NCBI GenBank assembly: GCA_964016885.1
Contig: OZ024745.1
Coordinates: forward strand, 101,742,001 to 101,806,000
Length of the DNA: 64,000 nt
Reading direction: 5' to 3'
From: Eledone cirrhosa
Lineage: Eukaryota
Shown in pieces: positions 24,239-39,162 of the stretch; the first letter of the stretch is position 1; each line of letters opens with the position of its first letter. The notes below the pieces were generated by a model. That model was given only the letters and a program-made list of their open reading frames with translations, was not told where the DNA came from and did not search any database. Made by a program: the position numbers and the translations under genes.

Positions 24239-24560
24239 TATCATCATCACCATCTAACAACCATTTTTCCATGCTAGCATGGGTTAGATGAGTTGTCCCA
24301 TTGTGAAATAGGCCATGCCAGGTGACCATGTCTTGCTCATACAAGTCTAATTTTTGCTTGGTTTCTACAGCTGGATGCTCTTCCTAATGCCAACCACATT
24401 TACAGTGAGTACTGGGTGCTTTTTTGTCGTGACACATACATGACCACTTCAGTGTGGGCTGGATGCTTTTTGTCATGACACCTACATGACCACTTTACAG
24501 TATGGGCAGGGCGCTTTTTGTAGTGTCACCATCACGACTACTTTACAATGTGGGCTAGGG
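24239..24560 (-). mobile_element. Older RTE-tailed SINE-like module with ~43-45-bp internal repeats
   Basis: CCATGCTAGCATGGG, CTACAGCTGGATGC, repeated ACCACTTTACAGTGTGGGCTGG..GCTTTTTG. Confidence 0.7.
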
Positions 24561-25689
24561 ACTTTGGTGGGAGAGGGGTGTGAGAATGACACTGTTGGTA
24601 AGTGCCAAAATTATCATGGTTTCCAGTTGACAGCTGTTGAAGGAAATGCCTTGCCAAATAAGCTGTATGTAAAATAACACATGCATTTGACAAGCTTCTC
24701 CATTTTCCTTTCATCAACCTCCTTGCTTTCATTTCCTCCTCCATCATAACCTTATAGTCTGTCTAACCTATGCAAGCATGGCAAATAGACATTCATGATA
24801 TGTATTGTTTCTTTATATTTTATCATAGGAAAAACCTAAAAGTGCTTAATACTCTTTTATAATAGAAATTATTTTACTAGATTACATGAAGTAGCAATGA
24901 AACCTCCAGGTACAGGTTTGTATTCTGGTTATTGCATGTATACATACACGCACACAGACATACACATAGAATAATATCATAAATATAAGAAGAACATATT
25001 GCTTGATGATGATGATTTAAATATTTGATGAATACATCTTTGGTTTTACTCAAGTAGAGAAATTTATTTTAAAGAAAAAATATTTCTTCTTAACCAAATG
25101 CTTTTTTACAAATCCCTTAAATGATACATTGAGAAAATGTTATCTATTGTAAATGTATTCTTTAGAGTTCAATTTCAGTTGTGTACCTACATTTGGAATA
25201 TTCACCTGATAGTTTATGCCTTTTGCCTATTCTGCTTTTGTTTGTTGAAGATCACTAATGGATCTATTTTACAGTGAACACTGTGTTACAAGTTGAATAC
25301 ATGTTCTTCTGGGTTCTCATATTGCATCCCTTTTCTATATGGTCTTTGTTCATAACAGTAGGATGGCCAACAGGAGTTTCATCGAATAAAGGCTACAATT
25401 TAACAATGCCTGAATATAGCAACTTGCTGAAATTCATGTAACTACTGTTAAGTACTAACATTTGTATTAAACCTGCTGAGAAGTTTCTTGTGAAAAGAAA
25501 AATGATACACTCAAAATACTGACTGTGGTTGTGATAGTGGTAGTGGTGGTGGTTATCATGGTGGTGGTGGTTGTGATGGTGGTAGTGGTGGAATAAAAAC
25601 TCAGGATCAATGGAATATTGAAAATCAAGTTCAATAACTTAGGTGCACTGCCTGTGTTATTTACGCACTAGTACTAATATTGTGTGAAT

Positions 25690-25739
<50 letters not shown>

Positions 25740-26450
25740 CATGACTACTACATCTATAAACATGCAAATCAGTTTTATATATATTTAATGCTGTTTTTAC
25801 TTTAGCATAATGCTTGTTGTTTGAAAAAAGAAGGATATCATTGATTAGATCAATCTTAGTAAATTACTGGTGCTTATGGGTGGGCAGCTTAAGAAGGGTG
25901 AAAGCAAAGTTGACCACCTCCCAAAATATGAATGAAGAATGTAGTGAGATAAAGAGATAAAAATATTTCTGGTCTAATGCTCTACTGAATCTATAAATTC
26001 AGTAGCTTTACAGTTATTTTTCCTTTTTTTTTCTTTTTGCACTGTTTATTTAGAGAGTAAAAGGTAGTGTTGGAAGTGTGGAAGGAAGGTATTCTCAAAC
26101 TGAGACCTGGCCCAAATTCTTGTAACAGACCAAGCTCCAATAAAAGTACCCAAATGTCAAAATGGTGGTGTTAAACCAGGCAACAGATTAAGTCTACTAT
26201 TTAATTTAGTTATCAATTTCAGTAAATTTAATAGTTTTAAAGAGATTGAATTCTGAGAGCAGAATAAACAAGTGACATTAAATATCAGATGAATATTCCA
26301 ATAAAAGTACATATTTGAAACTAAACTTTACAGAACAAGAATAGATAATAGAATTTTCTTAATTTACCCTTTTAATGTTCCATACAAGGAGTTAACAAGG
26401 AGTAATTTCTTTAAAATATGATTAATTTCTGTAATTTTAATAGCTTTTTT

Positions 26451-26700
26451 CCCTTTTGATGCCAGACTGCCTGACACTACCCTTAGTTCTGTGATTCAAA
26501 ACTGATAATTTTAAAGTGTCTTTATTTATCTGAAAACCTTCCATCATAATTTTATGTAAGAAACTTTGTCCCAAATACCAGCTTAATAATGATTATAATC
26601 ATTATAGTGCTAAATTCTTCTAAATAGTTGATTATTTTCTAAGTAATTTGAGAATCATAGGTAGTAGTTTTCATTAGAAATATGGTAACGATGGGTTTAA
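26451..26700. mobile_element. piggyBac-like MITE, family 2
   Basis: CCCTTTTGAT...ATATGGTAACGATGGG-TTTAA; similar to 27169-27416 (inverted) and 40506-40772. Confidence 0.55.
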
Positions 26701-26915
26701 CTCTTTAGCATTTATATTACTCTATATTTACTATTATATTTTCTCAGTAAAGGCTTTACCTCACATAATTATCTGATATAATATTGACTTTATGAGATTT
26801 TGATATTATTTAATTTGAGAACAATACCTTAACATCAGTGTGAGTGTCCAGTTAGAACAGAAAGAGGTGAGAGAATCCTGGTTGGATATGGCTGGTTTAA
26901 ATGCTAAAGGGTTAA
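26697..26915. mobile_element. piggyBac-like MITE, family 1
   Basis: TTAA-CTCTTTAGCATTTA ... TAAATGCTAAAGGG-TTAA. Confidence 0.75.
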
Positions 26916-27168
26916 GATATTGATACAATGTTTTTAATTCCTGTATGGATATAAGAACAACTTAATATTTGATGAGATGCTAAATACTAAATATATTGCT
27001 GAGATAGCCAGATGGCTGGAACAGGTAAAAGAGTAAAAGAATAATTAAATCAAGGAGACAGAATTCTAGATGGTAGGGATATCTAATCAGTTGACTCTCG
27101 GATAAATATAATGTAGGTGAATGTGTACATAAAAACAACAGCTTGATAACTTTGAAAAATATAACTCT

Positions 27169-27416
27169 TTAACCCTTTTGTTACCATATTTCTAATGTAA
27201 GATTGCTACTTATCATTTTCAAATAATTTTGAAAATAATTAAGAAATTGAAAGGATTTAGTAATATAACTTTTGAATATTCAGTTGGTGTTTAGCACATA
27301 ATTTAAAGGTCCATACATAAAATTATGATATGTTTTTAGATAAGCATAAACATTTTAAAAGTATTGTATCATAGAACAAGGGGCAGCATCAGGCAGTTTG
27401 GTATTAAAGGGGTTAA
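27169..27416. mobile_element. piggyBac-like MITE, family 2
   Basis: TTAA-CCCTTTTGTTACC ... GGTATTAAAGGGG-TTAA. Confidence 0.75.
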
Positions 27417-28091
27417 TTATTTCTAGATAAGTATTACTCTAAAGGAGGGAGTTCAGTATAAACATCATATGTGTATAAAGACTAATCAGAGATATACAAG
27501 TGGAAGAATGCTCTAGAATATCAATGTCAATTACAGAAAAGATAGCATCATAGTGAAAACATGTCACTGCTTGATTAAGTTATGAAGTTGTTCTTCTTGC
27601 AGATTTTCTGTTTCTTCAGATCATCTGCTGTATGTCAAATACACCCACTTAGGTATATCCCATTTTGAATTCTATTCACAGCAGCGTCGCCCTTTTTATA
27701 CCAACATATTTGAAACCACCCGCACTACTTTCATATAAAAATTTAATATTTATATTAAAACTTTGAATCATGATTTAATGTAAGAACTTTTTCATTAAGT
27801 TGTGTTCTAAACAACAACTTGTTATACCAGTTGATACATTTCTAATTATTTTCAAAATTAATTGAAATATGAAGCATTGTATTTCATTAGCAATACAATA
27901 AAAACAAAGACTTAAGCTTTAGGAGCAGGTTTGGACCGTGACAAGTGGAGAGATGCTGTGCTGAATAGGACCCGTCCAACCCTTGCAAACAGGGAAAAGT
28001 GGACGTAAAATGATGATGATGATGACCCTATAAATCTAAGTGAAATGCAGTTATTACCATGTGTTTAGCATCTAGATTACATATACAAATA

Positions 28092-28277
28092 AATGTTTCT
28101 ACTTTTGGCACAAGGCCAGCAATTACCCAGTACATTACTGGTACTTTATTTTATCGACCCCCGTAAGGATGAAAGGCAAAGTTAACCTCGGCGGGATTTG
28201 AACTCAGAATGGCAAGGGCCATAACTCTATGCATCAAAGCATGGCGCCCGACCCTCTACCGATACTGCCAATCCACA
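28092..28277 (-). mobile_element. tRNA-derived SINE
   Basis: Reverse complement of the 587-777 family. Confidence 0.9.
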
Positions 28278-29051
28278 TAATGGCTTTTTTCATTTCTAAA
28301 CAATTTCAAATAACTCAAATCCGATGCTACTAACTCTAAAATGTAAGGAAAATGGGGTAGTGTAGTCCTAGATACATAAAAATACAGGATGGCTATGGCT
28401 AGAACACCTTTGACATAGGTTTTCTCAATCAGGGCTGACCAAAACAACAAAAACAATTTATTTCATGCATTATAGTTATATAAAACTTAAGAAATATATT
28501 ACTAAGTTAAAGCTTCATCAAATGTTTTGACTATAGAAAAATAGTCAAAATAATAAGACATATAAATGAACATTACTACAATGTACTTTTTTTTTTTCAT
28601 TAAGGGGTTTATCATCATTGTTTTAACGTCCACTTTCCCTGCTATCAAGGGTTGCACAGGTCTACATAGACTAAATCAGTACTGAAGTGATGGTTACTGA
28701 TCTCAAACAAGCCACGGATCTGTGTCTCACTTATATGCCCTGTTATTTAGACTATTTTTATGTAGTCAAAACATTTAATGAAGCTTTATCTTTCTCATAA
28801 ATTTCAAATTCATCATTTCTAAACACACATTCATAAAATTATGAATGAAAACTGATAGCCATAAGCAGAATACATTATTGTGTCAGCTTCAGCACTTATC
28901 ATTGAAATTATGTATAACCTCTGCTTTTCTGATGAATATTTACCATAGAAAAAAATTATCTTGCTATAAAACATGCTCAAACAAAACCCATCCATTCCAT
29001 TGATCCCAGAACAGAAAAGAAAACGATGTAAAATCCCACCAAAATGACGTA

Positions 29052-30523
29052 CATCATCATCATCATCATCGTTTAACGTCCGTGTTCCACGCTTGCATGG
29101 GTTTGGACGGGGGTTTTCCCACTTGAGGCAAGAGTGATTGTCTTGCTCGCATAGGACTGTCTGGCAGGTTTTCTACAGTTGGATGCCCTTCCTAACACCA
29201 ACCACATTTACAGTGTGGGTCTGGGAGGTTTTTACCGTGTTGCCTACACGGCCACATTACAGCGTGGACTGTGTGTTTTTTTTTTTGTCGTGACACCTAC
29301 ACGATCTCATTTGTTTCGGCCTGGATGGTGTGGCACCAACATAACTTTACATAGGAGGGGGTGGTGGGACGGGGGTGTATTTTGTTAGAGATGCCTACTG
29401 ACTGTAGTAGGTTTTACTTTGTATTTGGGTAAGGCGGGTCTTCTCTATTACTGAGTACTGCCAAAGGTCTCGGTCCAGTGACATTGTCTTGGTGAGGTGT
29501 AAGTGTGTGAGGTCGGAATTTATCAGCTCGTCCCAGGTTTTTCTGGGTCTGCCTATTCCGTGGCTACCGTCTATCTTTATTGCCCTGCACTTTGTTATAC
29601 AGCTATCGTCCTTCATGCGCATCACGTGACCATACCAACGTAGCCTTCTCTCTAGTAAACAACATCTGATCCCTCTTATTTCTAATTTTTTCCTTAGTTC
29701 GTTTATGCTTTGTCGTTCACGTATATTACTATTACACATCCAGCGGAGCATGCAAGCTTCGTTTCTCTCTAGTCTGCGTATATCCTCTGCACACAATGCC
29801 CAGGTCTCACTGCCATGCAACATTGCTGTTCGTATGCAGGCATCGTACAACCTGCCTTTCATTTTTAGGGAGAACCCTTTAGCGGCTAATAGTGGTATAA
29901 GCTCTCTGAACTTTTTCCACCCAGTTCTGACTCTAGCTACTGTACTTTCAGAGCACCCTCCCCCACTGCTGATTTTGTCACCCAGGTAACGGAAGCTGTC
30001 CACTATTTCTATAGAACCCTCTGCGCAGTTGAAAGAGCTAGTATTTTGTGGGCACTTGCTGCTACTTATTGCCCCAGAACACCGGCCACATGTAAAATCT
30101 ATGTTCTTAGTTAGCTTACCTGTGATCCCACTACATCTTTTATGAACCCAAACATTGCATTTGGGACACAAAATGGAATTTCTACCTACGCCTTTCCTAC
30201 ACTCTGCGCATGGCCACTTCCCGGAGGGGACCGCCGCCTTATTTTCTTTCTTACAAACTAGAACTTTAGTCTTAGCCAGGTTAATTTTAAGGCCTTTTGA
30301 TTCTAGCCCGTGCTTCCATGTTTGGAATTTCTTCTCTAGCTCGGCCATTGATTCAGCTATGAGCGTTAGATCATCTGCGTATAGGAGTTCCCATGGGCAG
30401 CCGGTCTTGAACTCCACTGTTATAGCCTGGAGGGCAATAATAAATAGTAGGGGGCTAAGAACAGAGCCCTGATGAACCCCAACTTTTACACTAAACTCTT
30501 CACTATATTCGTTGTTAATTCTA
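29052..30523 (-). mobile_element. RTE family A, 5'-truncated
   Basis: ORF 29395-30417 with YADD and PHD-like finger; 3' UTR; (CAT)n tail. Confidence 0.95.
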
Positions 30524-33500
30524 TGGAAATTTAGTTTGAGTAATAAATATGTTTTAATATTGACCTTAGACTAGTCTTCAAGAAGCAAAACCTTAACTGA
30601 ATGCACACACACATGTATAGAAAAGCCCAGTTAACCATTATAAGCACACCGATGCTAAAAGTAAGTATGGTGAGAGATCAGAGACTATGTGAGGTTATGA
30701 TGACCATTTTAACCTGCAGTAGATGAGACAGCCTCTCTCGTGGTGGTATGTTACAATGGAATCTACTCAGCATGCCCCTGTAAAATGTTCTAGGGCCATG
30801 ACGAAATGCACCCAATACACTCTGAAAAGTAGTTGATGATGGAAGGGGGACAATATAGGATAGAGAAGACTTTTCAATCTTAGTATTAAAAAAAATAAAG
30901 AACATTTACATCAATTAACAGAAAAATGATTAGGCATATTTGGGTTGAACTAAGAAACTAGGTTCCAGTTAAAATGTCAACTTTTCTTCTTTTTTTTAAA
31001 GTAACAATTGATATACATCTTTTTAGACGTACAGTAAATTGTTATTTTTAGTACTATAACAGATGTTGGCGATGAGGAAAGATGCTTTGATAAATACTTC
31101 AAAGTAGGAAGACTGACATCTAAAAGAAATCGGAAATAGCTAAAAAAAAAATATCAAAAATATAAATTGAAAATTTAAGGATTCAAGGCATTTTTTGCAA
31201 AAATCAATGCAAGTTATCCTTAAGTTGAATGCTAATGTCACAAGCATGATTGATAAAATACAGAATTTCCTGTGGCTATATATTAGCTAAGTAGAGATGC
31301 ATACATAAATTACATTAAAAACATATATATTTGATTTTCAGTTAAACTTTAGCACAATGCTATTTAACATGAAAAAAAAGAATAAAAATAAAGATGGGTG
31401 ACATGCATAGAATAATATATATGAATTTGATATTTGATTCCTGACAAAAGTAAACTGACATAAACCATCCACTAATTCAATAAAAGGAAGATGTATTTCA
31501 AATAAATAAATATGGCAAATTGTCAAGATTTTACATACGCACATACATAGCTACACACACACAGCCGCATACATACATAGCCACATACATACATACGCAC
31601 ATACACACATGCATACATACAGAAACATAAAGATATTAACCTGAGAATATCCAGCTGGTTGGGTAGCAATTCAATTTAATACATCTTGTATATTAGGAAC
31701 CCAAACTGAAAAGGTATAATCAGGAATCAATAGCATCATATGAACCAAAATTCTTCAATCACATTTACAATATTTTTTACTGTGGGTTAGCTTTAACTCA
31801 AAAGGAAAAGAAACAGTTTCCATAGATGATTTTTTGGAACATGGGATAAGAAAGAAATTCTTACTATATATATAATAAAAATATAAAGTTTATGTGTATG
31901 GGCAAGGTTTCCAATCTGAGAAGTAAGCATTCTCTTAGACATAGATCAGTGTAGCATCTATCAAATTTTCACTTACATTTTCAGATGTAGACCAATATAA
32001 AAGTTCTCATATAAGGTTTTAAGTATGTGCTAGAAAATATTACATATATTGAATGTTTTTGTTTTTTCACATTTAAATTAAATGTATTCTGACAATGTGT
32101 ATTGAATAATGACTTCAATAATAACCATTTGAAACATTAATTTCTTTCAAATTGTTTCTAAATGTAAAAGCAGTTATTTGTATATTTAATTTAGAACTGA
32201 GTTAAATTATTGTAATAATTGCATTTTGCCCACAAGTATGAAAGTATGTCTACATTTCTACCTTGCTGAATAAAAATACATTATTTTAGTTTGGTTAAAG
32301 ACATGAAAATCCTTAAATACAAAGGAACAAAACCTGTTCTTCAACCTTTATACTCTTTGTGGCTGTATTTCTAATGAAGCTCACTGCCTCATGTTTGAAA
32401 ATAATTGGTAACTGGGGAAAGAAGAGTGTCTCTTTACTAAAATAATTAATTTTATTCATTAATTGAGGTATTAAGCTGTTGTTTAGAAAACAAGAGAAAA
32501 CTTTCTTTAGAGAGTTTCAATTTAAATATTAAACAATAAAAAAAAAGGCAGTTTTATACAAAAAGCAGACTATTGATCTCAGGCTGGTTGATTTCAAAAG
32601 GTCTCTGAGTTGTATTGAAAATGCAGTTTGTAACAGGTCAGATTACCACATAGTAACTAGTTGTTTCTATGGTTAAACTTCTCTATTTCAATGTCATCAT
32701 ATTTTTGACATTTATAAATATGAACTTACAAAACCTACCATATATAGTCGAATATAAACTAACTTCTTACTCTATGTCTGATTAACAGGCAACAATTCAA
32801 ACTCCACTTATAAACTGAGGCAGCTAATCCACACATTATTTTTAGATGATGTGGTTTTGAAATTCACATGATTGGAGAATATATTTATGAAGTTTAAATA
32901 TCTTAATATTTCAAACATTTTAAGTATGATTTAGGGTATAGTTTTCACAATGATATTTTAACCAATTTCTGACGTTTTGAAGACCATATTTATTCGAAAT
33001 ATATATAACAGGAAAAACAAATTTCACCTCCAAAGTGAAACTGGTGTAATATTCACCTCCAAAGCGAAAAATGTGCTCCACTTAAATGCTGACCAGTCTG
33101 TAACAACACATCCAACCCTTTCTTGCATGGGAAACAGATGTTAAATGATGATAGCGATAACAATGATAGTGGTGACCTCATTTGTTTCACAGTCAGGTTT
33201 TGTAAACTTTCCAATAATTGTGTACCCCACTCCCTCCCAAATATAATGCAAATACTTTGTGGAAGAGAAGAGAATATTGAATTTAATAATGAACTAGATG
33301 AAAATTGAGTGTCAGGACTTGAACTGAGTAAAAGAAAGTATCAATGTTGTTATTGTTTAAATTCAGATCAACCTTAACTTAACAAGTTTATTATAAAAGA
33401 CATTCCAGTCATGACAGTTTGTGACATTTTACTATGTTGCAGGCACTCAGAACCACATCATTTAATGTGTTCTTTTTATGACCAAAAAATGTGTGATTTG

Positions 33501-33569
33501 AGTAAGCTTTGGTTGCTATTCCTAGCTGGTCATGTGACCAAATATAACCTCTTTGTTGGTTAAAGGAAA

Positions 33570-33758
33570 TAATTGTTTCTACTTTAGGCACAAGGCCAGC
33601 AATAACCCAGTGCATTACTGGTACTTTATTTTATCGACCCCGTAAGGATGAAAGGCAAAGTCAACCTCGGCGGGATTTGAACTCAGATCGTAAAGGGACG
33701 TATCTATGCTGGAAAGCATGGCGTCCGACCCTCTACCGATACTGCCAATCCACCGCCC
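33570..33758 (-). mobile_element. tRNA-derived SINE with 18-bp TSD
   Basis: TTGGTTAAAGGAAATAAT on both sides. Confidence 0.9.
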
Positions 33759-34007
33759 TTGGTTAAAGGAAATAATATTATGAGGGTAGATGACAGCAAA
33801 GCAACAGATTATTTAGCCAGGTGAGAAGCAGAAAGTAGGTTTGCTAATATTTTTCAGCATGAGGTTAACATATGAAGTGAAATATTCCATATTGCCAAAC
33901 CATATTTCATCATCATCATGTATCATCTGCTCTCAACAGATTGACTACCATGAATTTCTAGACATACCCTACAAGTTTGGGGGGATCTTCTCTTTGAAAA
34001 ATATATT

Positions 34008-34191
34008 TTAACCCTTTGGCATTTACAGTACTCTATATATACTATTTATTGTATTTTTACAGTAAAGGCTTTATCTCACATAATATTGAATCTATTAACA
34101 TCAATATGAGTGGCTAGTTACAGCTAGTTTGAACAGCAAGAGGTGAGAGAATTCTGGCTGGATACAGTTGGTTTAAAAGCTAAAGGGTTAA
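34008..34191. mobile_element. piggyBac-like MITE, family 1
   Basis: TTAA-CCCTTTGGCATTTA ... AAAGCTAAAGGG-TTAA. Confidence 0.75.
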
Positions 34192-35989
34192 AAAGGATTG
34201 TTTTACTATGAATCAATATGCTATGGGGAAGGGATTTTAAAATAATTCTAGCAGTCTTGCTCGCAATAACTGCAAAAGGTAGTGTTACAATGAGATGTTT
34301 GAAAGAAAGATGTGAAAGGAGTAGTGAAGTTCTCACTATTCCATTCATATATTATAACCAACAAAGGAACCAGCTATCAGAGCAATCTCTAAAGTGTTAG
34401 TAAGATTACTAAGATGGAACTGGGAAAGATGCAGAGATATTGAAAACACCAGACAATGACAGTATCGTAGTAGCTACTTAATCAGCTTATGCAGAAATGT
34501 GTAAACTAATGAATTCCCAACAGATCACATAATTGTCATAATCTGCTAGAAGATTTATAATGAAGATCTACTACAGAAAATATGAGGTGAATATAAATTG
34601 TTCACGTGAGTGGTTGAATCCCTGTGTGAAGTCCTCTAATTTAGTATTGCCAGCAAAATTTTATAAATAATTTAGTGTACATGTCAGTGTTTATCAGAAC
34701 TCAGTTCTTAACACTGTGTTGTGATTACAATTCTCATGGCAATTACTATATATTTGACTGTACAATTTGACTTTTTAAACCAGAAAACAATCCCTCCAAA
34801 TTTAGGAAGCAATTTATAAGGAATTAATAAAATGCAAATCTTTACTTCTGCATGGAACCAAATAGAGCAAAATTCTTAATAATTATTTTGTGCATTTTAC
34901 CATAACTCCAACAAACTGCCAACAATATTTCCAATTAATGTTTCCTTTTGGTGAATTTATTTAATATAAATAAGGTATTTAGAGAAAGCCAGTACATTAC
35001 ATAGTGGATGGGGGAGAGGGGTTAGAAATATAAAGGTGATGCTGGGGTAAAATGATGATAAAACAAAGAAATATTTTTATCCAATATATTTCTTCATGAT
35101 ATTTGGAATGAATGTAGAAAAGTGAGGACTTTTCTACATTCATTTTAAAAGATATTTACATTTAAATATCATGTCTCTGATTAAAGTTCTTATGGCAATT
35201 ACTATAAATTAGATTGTACAAGTAGATATTTTAAACCAGAAAAAAATCTCACAAATTTAGGAAGCAATTCATAAGACAGGGATATATATATATATAGGGT
35301 AAAAACCGTATTTTGTTTTGTTTTATCATCCTTTTACCCCAGTACTACCTTTTATATTTCTATCCATTTTGAACCAGCTTGTATATACTGCTTTATTTAA
35401 TATATTTAACAAAGAGATTATCAGTTATCATCATCACCACCGTTTAATGTCCTTTTTTCCATGCTTGCATGGGTTAGATGGGTCACCCTCATCATGAGAC
35501 AAGTCTGGTTACTTGCCCGTGTCGTACCTTGCTCAGACGGAACTGTATTTTGGCTGGGAATTTTACAGCTGGATGCTCTTCCTAACACTAAGCACATTTA
35601 CAAGTTAATAATACAAACAACCCTGGTGGTGAGGAGTGGCATCACTGATTACAGTTTAATTATTTTGTACATGTACAACTGCATATTACTATAATATATG
35701 ATACATAAATTATATTCATCAATAAGAACGACCTCAGTAGATCCAATTACATGTTTGGGGGACAACTTATACGCTACATGTATGCCTTACACAGAATTTT
35801 CAGCTAAGAATTTTATGATCAACTTATATGTCAGGTTGGCTTATACATCGCAATTTATGGTACATAAGAATTGAAAACTGACTGTGCCAGAAAATGTTTT
35901 GTAGGTCAACATAACAAACAATATTTAGTAACAGAATGTTCTGAAATCTTGTAAAATGAAGACGGAGCTGCTCCTCTTTGTTGTCACTG

Positions 35990-36369
35990 TCGTCGTCATC
36001 ACCACCATAACCATCACCACCATCACCACCATCATCACCACCACCACCATCACCACCACCACCATCATCACCATCACCACCACCACCATCACCACCGCCA
36101 CCACCACCACCATCATCATCACCACCACCACCATCACCACCATCACCATCACCATCACCACCATCATCACCATCACCACCACCATCACCACCACCACCAC
36201 CATCATCACCATCACCACCACCATCACCACCACCACCACCACCATCACCACCATCATCACCACCACCACCATCATCACCACCACCACCATCATCATCATC
36301 ATCACCACCACCATCATCACCACCACCACCACCACCACCACCATCACCACCACCATCATCACCATCATC
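35990..36369. repeat. (CAC/CAT)n expanded RTE-type tail microsatellite
   Basis: ~380 bp of CAC/CAT followed by GTTTAACGGCC..CACTAGCATGGG (RTE 3' end on minus). Confidence 0.9.
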
Positions 36370-37515
36370 GTTTAACGGCCATTTTCCACACTAGCATGGG
36401 TTAGACGAGCTATCCTGTTGTGAAACAAGCAAGGTCCAATGACTATGTCTTGCTCAATATCTAGAAAAGGAGTTGTAAGGAACTCAATATTCTGTTATTA
36501 AAGCCAATTGATGATACACTGGGTGTACTTTGAAATTTTAGGAAAGGTGACATTCTGGTCTTAGCCATAAATGTCCTCCCTACCCATGTTTTCCCTGTAG
36601 TCATTACCTTGTAGTTGTTTGTAATGAACATCAACCATATCTAACTAGTCTTGGAGGTCCTGTGAATATCATGGACATGGTCCCTTCTTCCTCACTAAAC
36701 CATACAAAATAAAAAAAAGAAAGAACAAATGAAAAGACACTGAAACATGAATTCTAATCACACAGGTTTTACAGTGAATATGATAAAACCTGAGTATGAT
36801 ATTTTAAATGTTCAACTCTAGAGGATTGAAGAAACTACTGGTGTATTATTTCTGGTGTGTTATTAGCTGGCCTATGTAGAAATAACTGTTATACTATGAC
36901 CATGTGGTGTTTGTGGATTATATATGCTACCAATGGAAATCTCCAAAGAATGTAATTATATCAGGCTTGAATAAACTGTTTCAGATGAGATGGTACATAA
37001 TTAAGATGCACAGAGAGCTGCTTTATTAGAAACTAATCATGGAAAGATGGATGGTTATAAAAATGTTAATTCATTTATCACTATACTCATAAGGTTTAAA
37101 TAGTTTTTGCAATAAAAAACTAAATTTAAGCACATTGAATCCAATTTCCATAAAATGTCTGCTGTTCAGTTAGAAAAAGAGAAAGAAGAGTAACTTGAAT
37201 AACTGTCCACCTCTGTTGCAACCAAATTACTATTTGGTATTGTATTTACTTTGATTATTGATTATGTTATTTTTAATTATGTCACCTGCTGAATTAAAGT
37301 CTAGTGCATTGACTGATTTTTCTATTTTGTCTTTATGGGAATTTGCTGTAAAAATTAATTCTGCTTTAATCTCTTCTCTATTATAGTTGAAAGTGATCTG
37401 GGTATGACAGTAAATCTTGTCTGTCTTTGATCACTTAAAACCACTTATAGTGTAAAAGATTATTTTCTCTTCAGTTTTTGTCCTCTTAATTTTTCTCTCA
37501 TCCTTGTAAGTCCCT

Positions 37516-37712
37516 ATGATCATGATCATCATCTTTATCATCCTAATCACTACTGACATAATCATCATCATCATCTTCATCATGATTATCATCATAATCA
37601 CTGTTGTGATTATCATCATAATCACTGTCATCATAGTAAACATTGACATGATGATGATCATCATCATCATCATCATAATCCCTACTGTCGTCATTGTAAA
37701 CATCATCATCAT
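37516..37712. repeat. Degenerate (ATC)n microsatellite
   Basis: Visible repeat. Confidence 0.85.
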
Positions 37713-38631
37713 TGTTACTACTATTTAACTTGTGTTTCCTTTTCTCCTGTCTTTTAAAGAGTACTTGTTATAAATAATAACATTAAATTGAAACATTAAA
37801 ACAATATAATATATAATAATTGTTGTTTTGGTTAGTTTAACTGATAGTAGGTAACATATGTTTCTTGGTCACAGCTTTATTACTGCTCAATAGCAAAATA
37901 ATCTGATTGCTTTGCTAAAAGTCTATCCTGGCGATGTTATGTCGTTAGAGTAACTTAGCAGCTGATTACTTTTTTGTGTGTACCAACATGCATAAGGAAT
38001 CATTTGGCTGTAGCTATGTGAAACCTTTCATCACTGTATATTTCCTCGAGCAACATCTGACTTAAAGTTGCATTATTCATTAGTACATTCCTCACTACAG
38101 GACATTTTGTTTTCACTATGTATTCAGCCTGTTTACTGAGACATGAGTAAGTTTGTTTTGTTAATTACTTGTCCCTCAAACAACTAACACTTCTCCTCTC
38201 TATTTTTTTTTAAAGAGATTTATTGTAATCATGTTATCTTTCCATCTCTTAGTTGATCTGTATACCATTTCATGTATGTTTTAAATTATCTCTATTTATG
38301 CAGTTATATCTGTTATATATAGCTAATATTTCTCAGTGTGTTTGTTACCTTTTTCCTTTTTTTTTTTTTTCATAGAGTTAAAAGTACCTATGACCTATGC
38401 ATGACCTCACAGACTTTCAAAGCTGTGTGTGTATTGTATCATTTTTTAATCTAATATCGATTACATGCAACATTTATCAATATCAATTGCATGTAACTAT
38501 GTGTATCTCAATTTTAGAGGTAACTAAATGGTTGGTGCCAGGAAAGGCATCTAATTATAAAACACAGACTCAGAAAACGTGTCCAACCCATGCCAGCATG
38601 GAAAAGTTAATGTAAAATGAGGATGATGATA

Positions 38632-38823
38632 ATAATTGTTTCTACTTTTGGCACAAGGCCAGCAATTACCCAGTGCTTACTGGTACTTTATTTTATCGAC
38701 CCCGTAAGGATGAAAGGCAAAGTTAACCTCGGCAGGATTTGAACACAGAATAGCAAGGGCCGTAATTCTGTGCGCCAAAGCATGGCGTCTGACCCTCTAC
38801 CAATACTGCCAATCCACCGCCCT
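38632..38823 (-). mobile_element. tRNA-derived SINE inserted in an RTE (GAT)n tail
   Basis: Reverse complement of SINE; GAGGATGAT..AAT on both flanks. Confidence 0.9.
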
Positions 38824-39162
38824 AGAGGATGATAATAATGATTAGGGACCAGATAAAACATACATAAATTTCATAGCTGGTTTTTCTTTATTTATCTCTT
38901 TAATTAATTGGTTAGTGTTTTTTGTATATATATATATATATATATACTGATATATTTCTCTTTCTTATCTAAATGTTACAGTTTGTTGGTAGTTATTTCA
39001 GATTTATTTTAGAAAATGTCAATTAAGGATTATAAAAATGCTTCACTTATTTAAAATTATTGCATCTAACCCATGTAAGCGTGGAAACTAGACATTAAAT
39101 AATGATGATGATAACTCATGCAAGCATGGAGAAAACTGTTGTAAAATGGTGATGAAAATGAT

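Noticed and set aside
35925-37728. Poly-T/I/V/M ORFs
   Set aside because: Trinucleotide microsatellites, one being an expanded RTE tail
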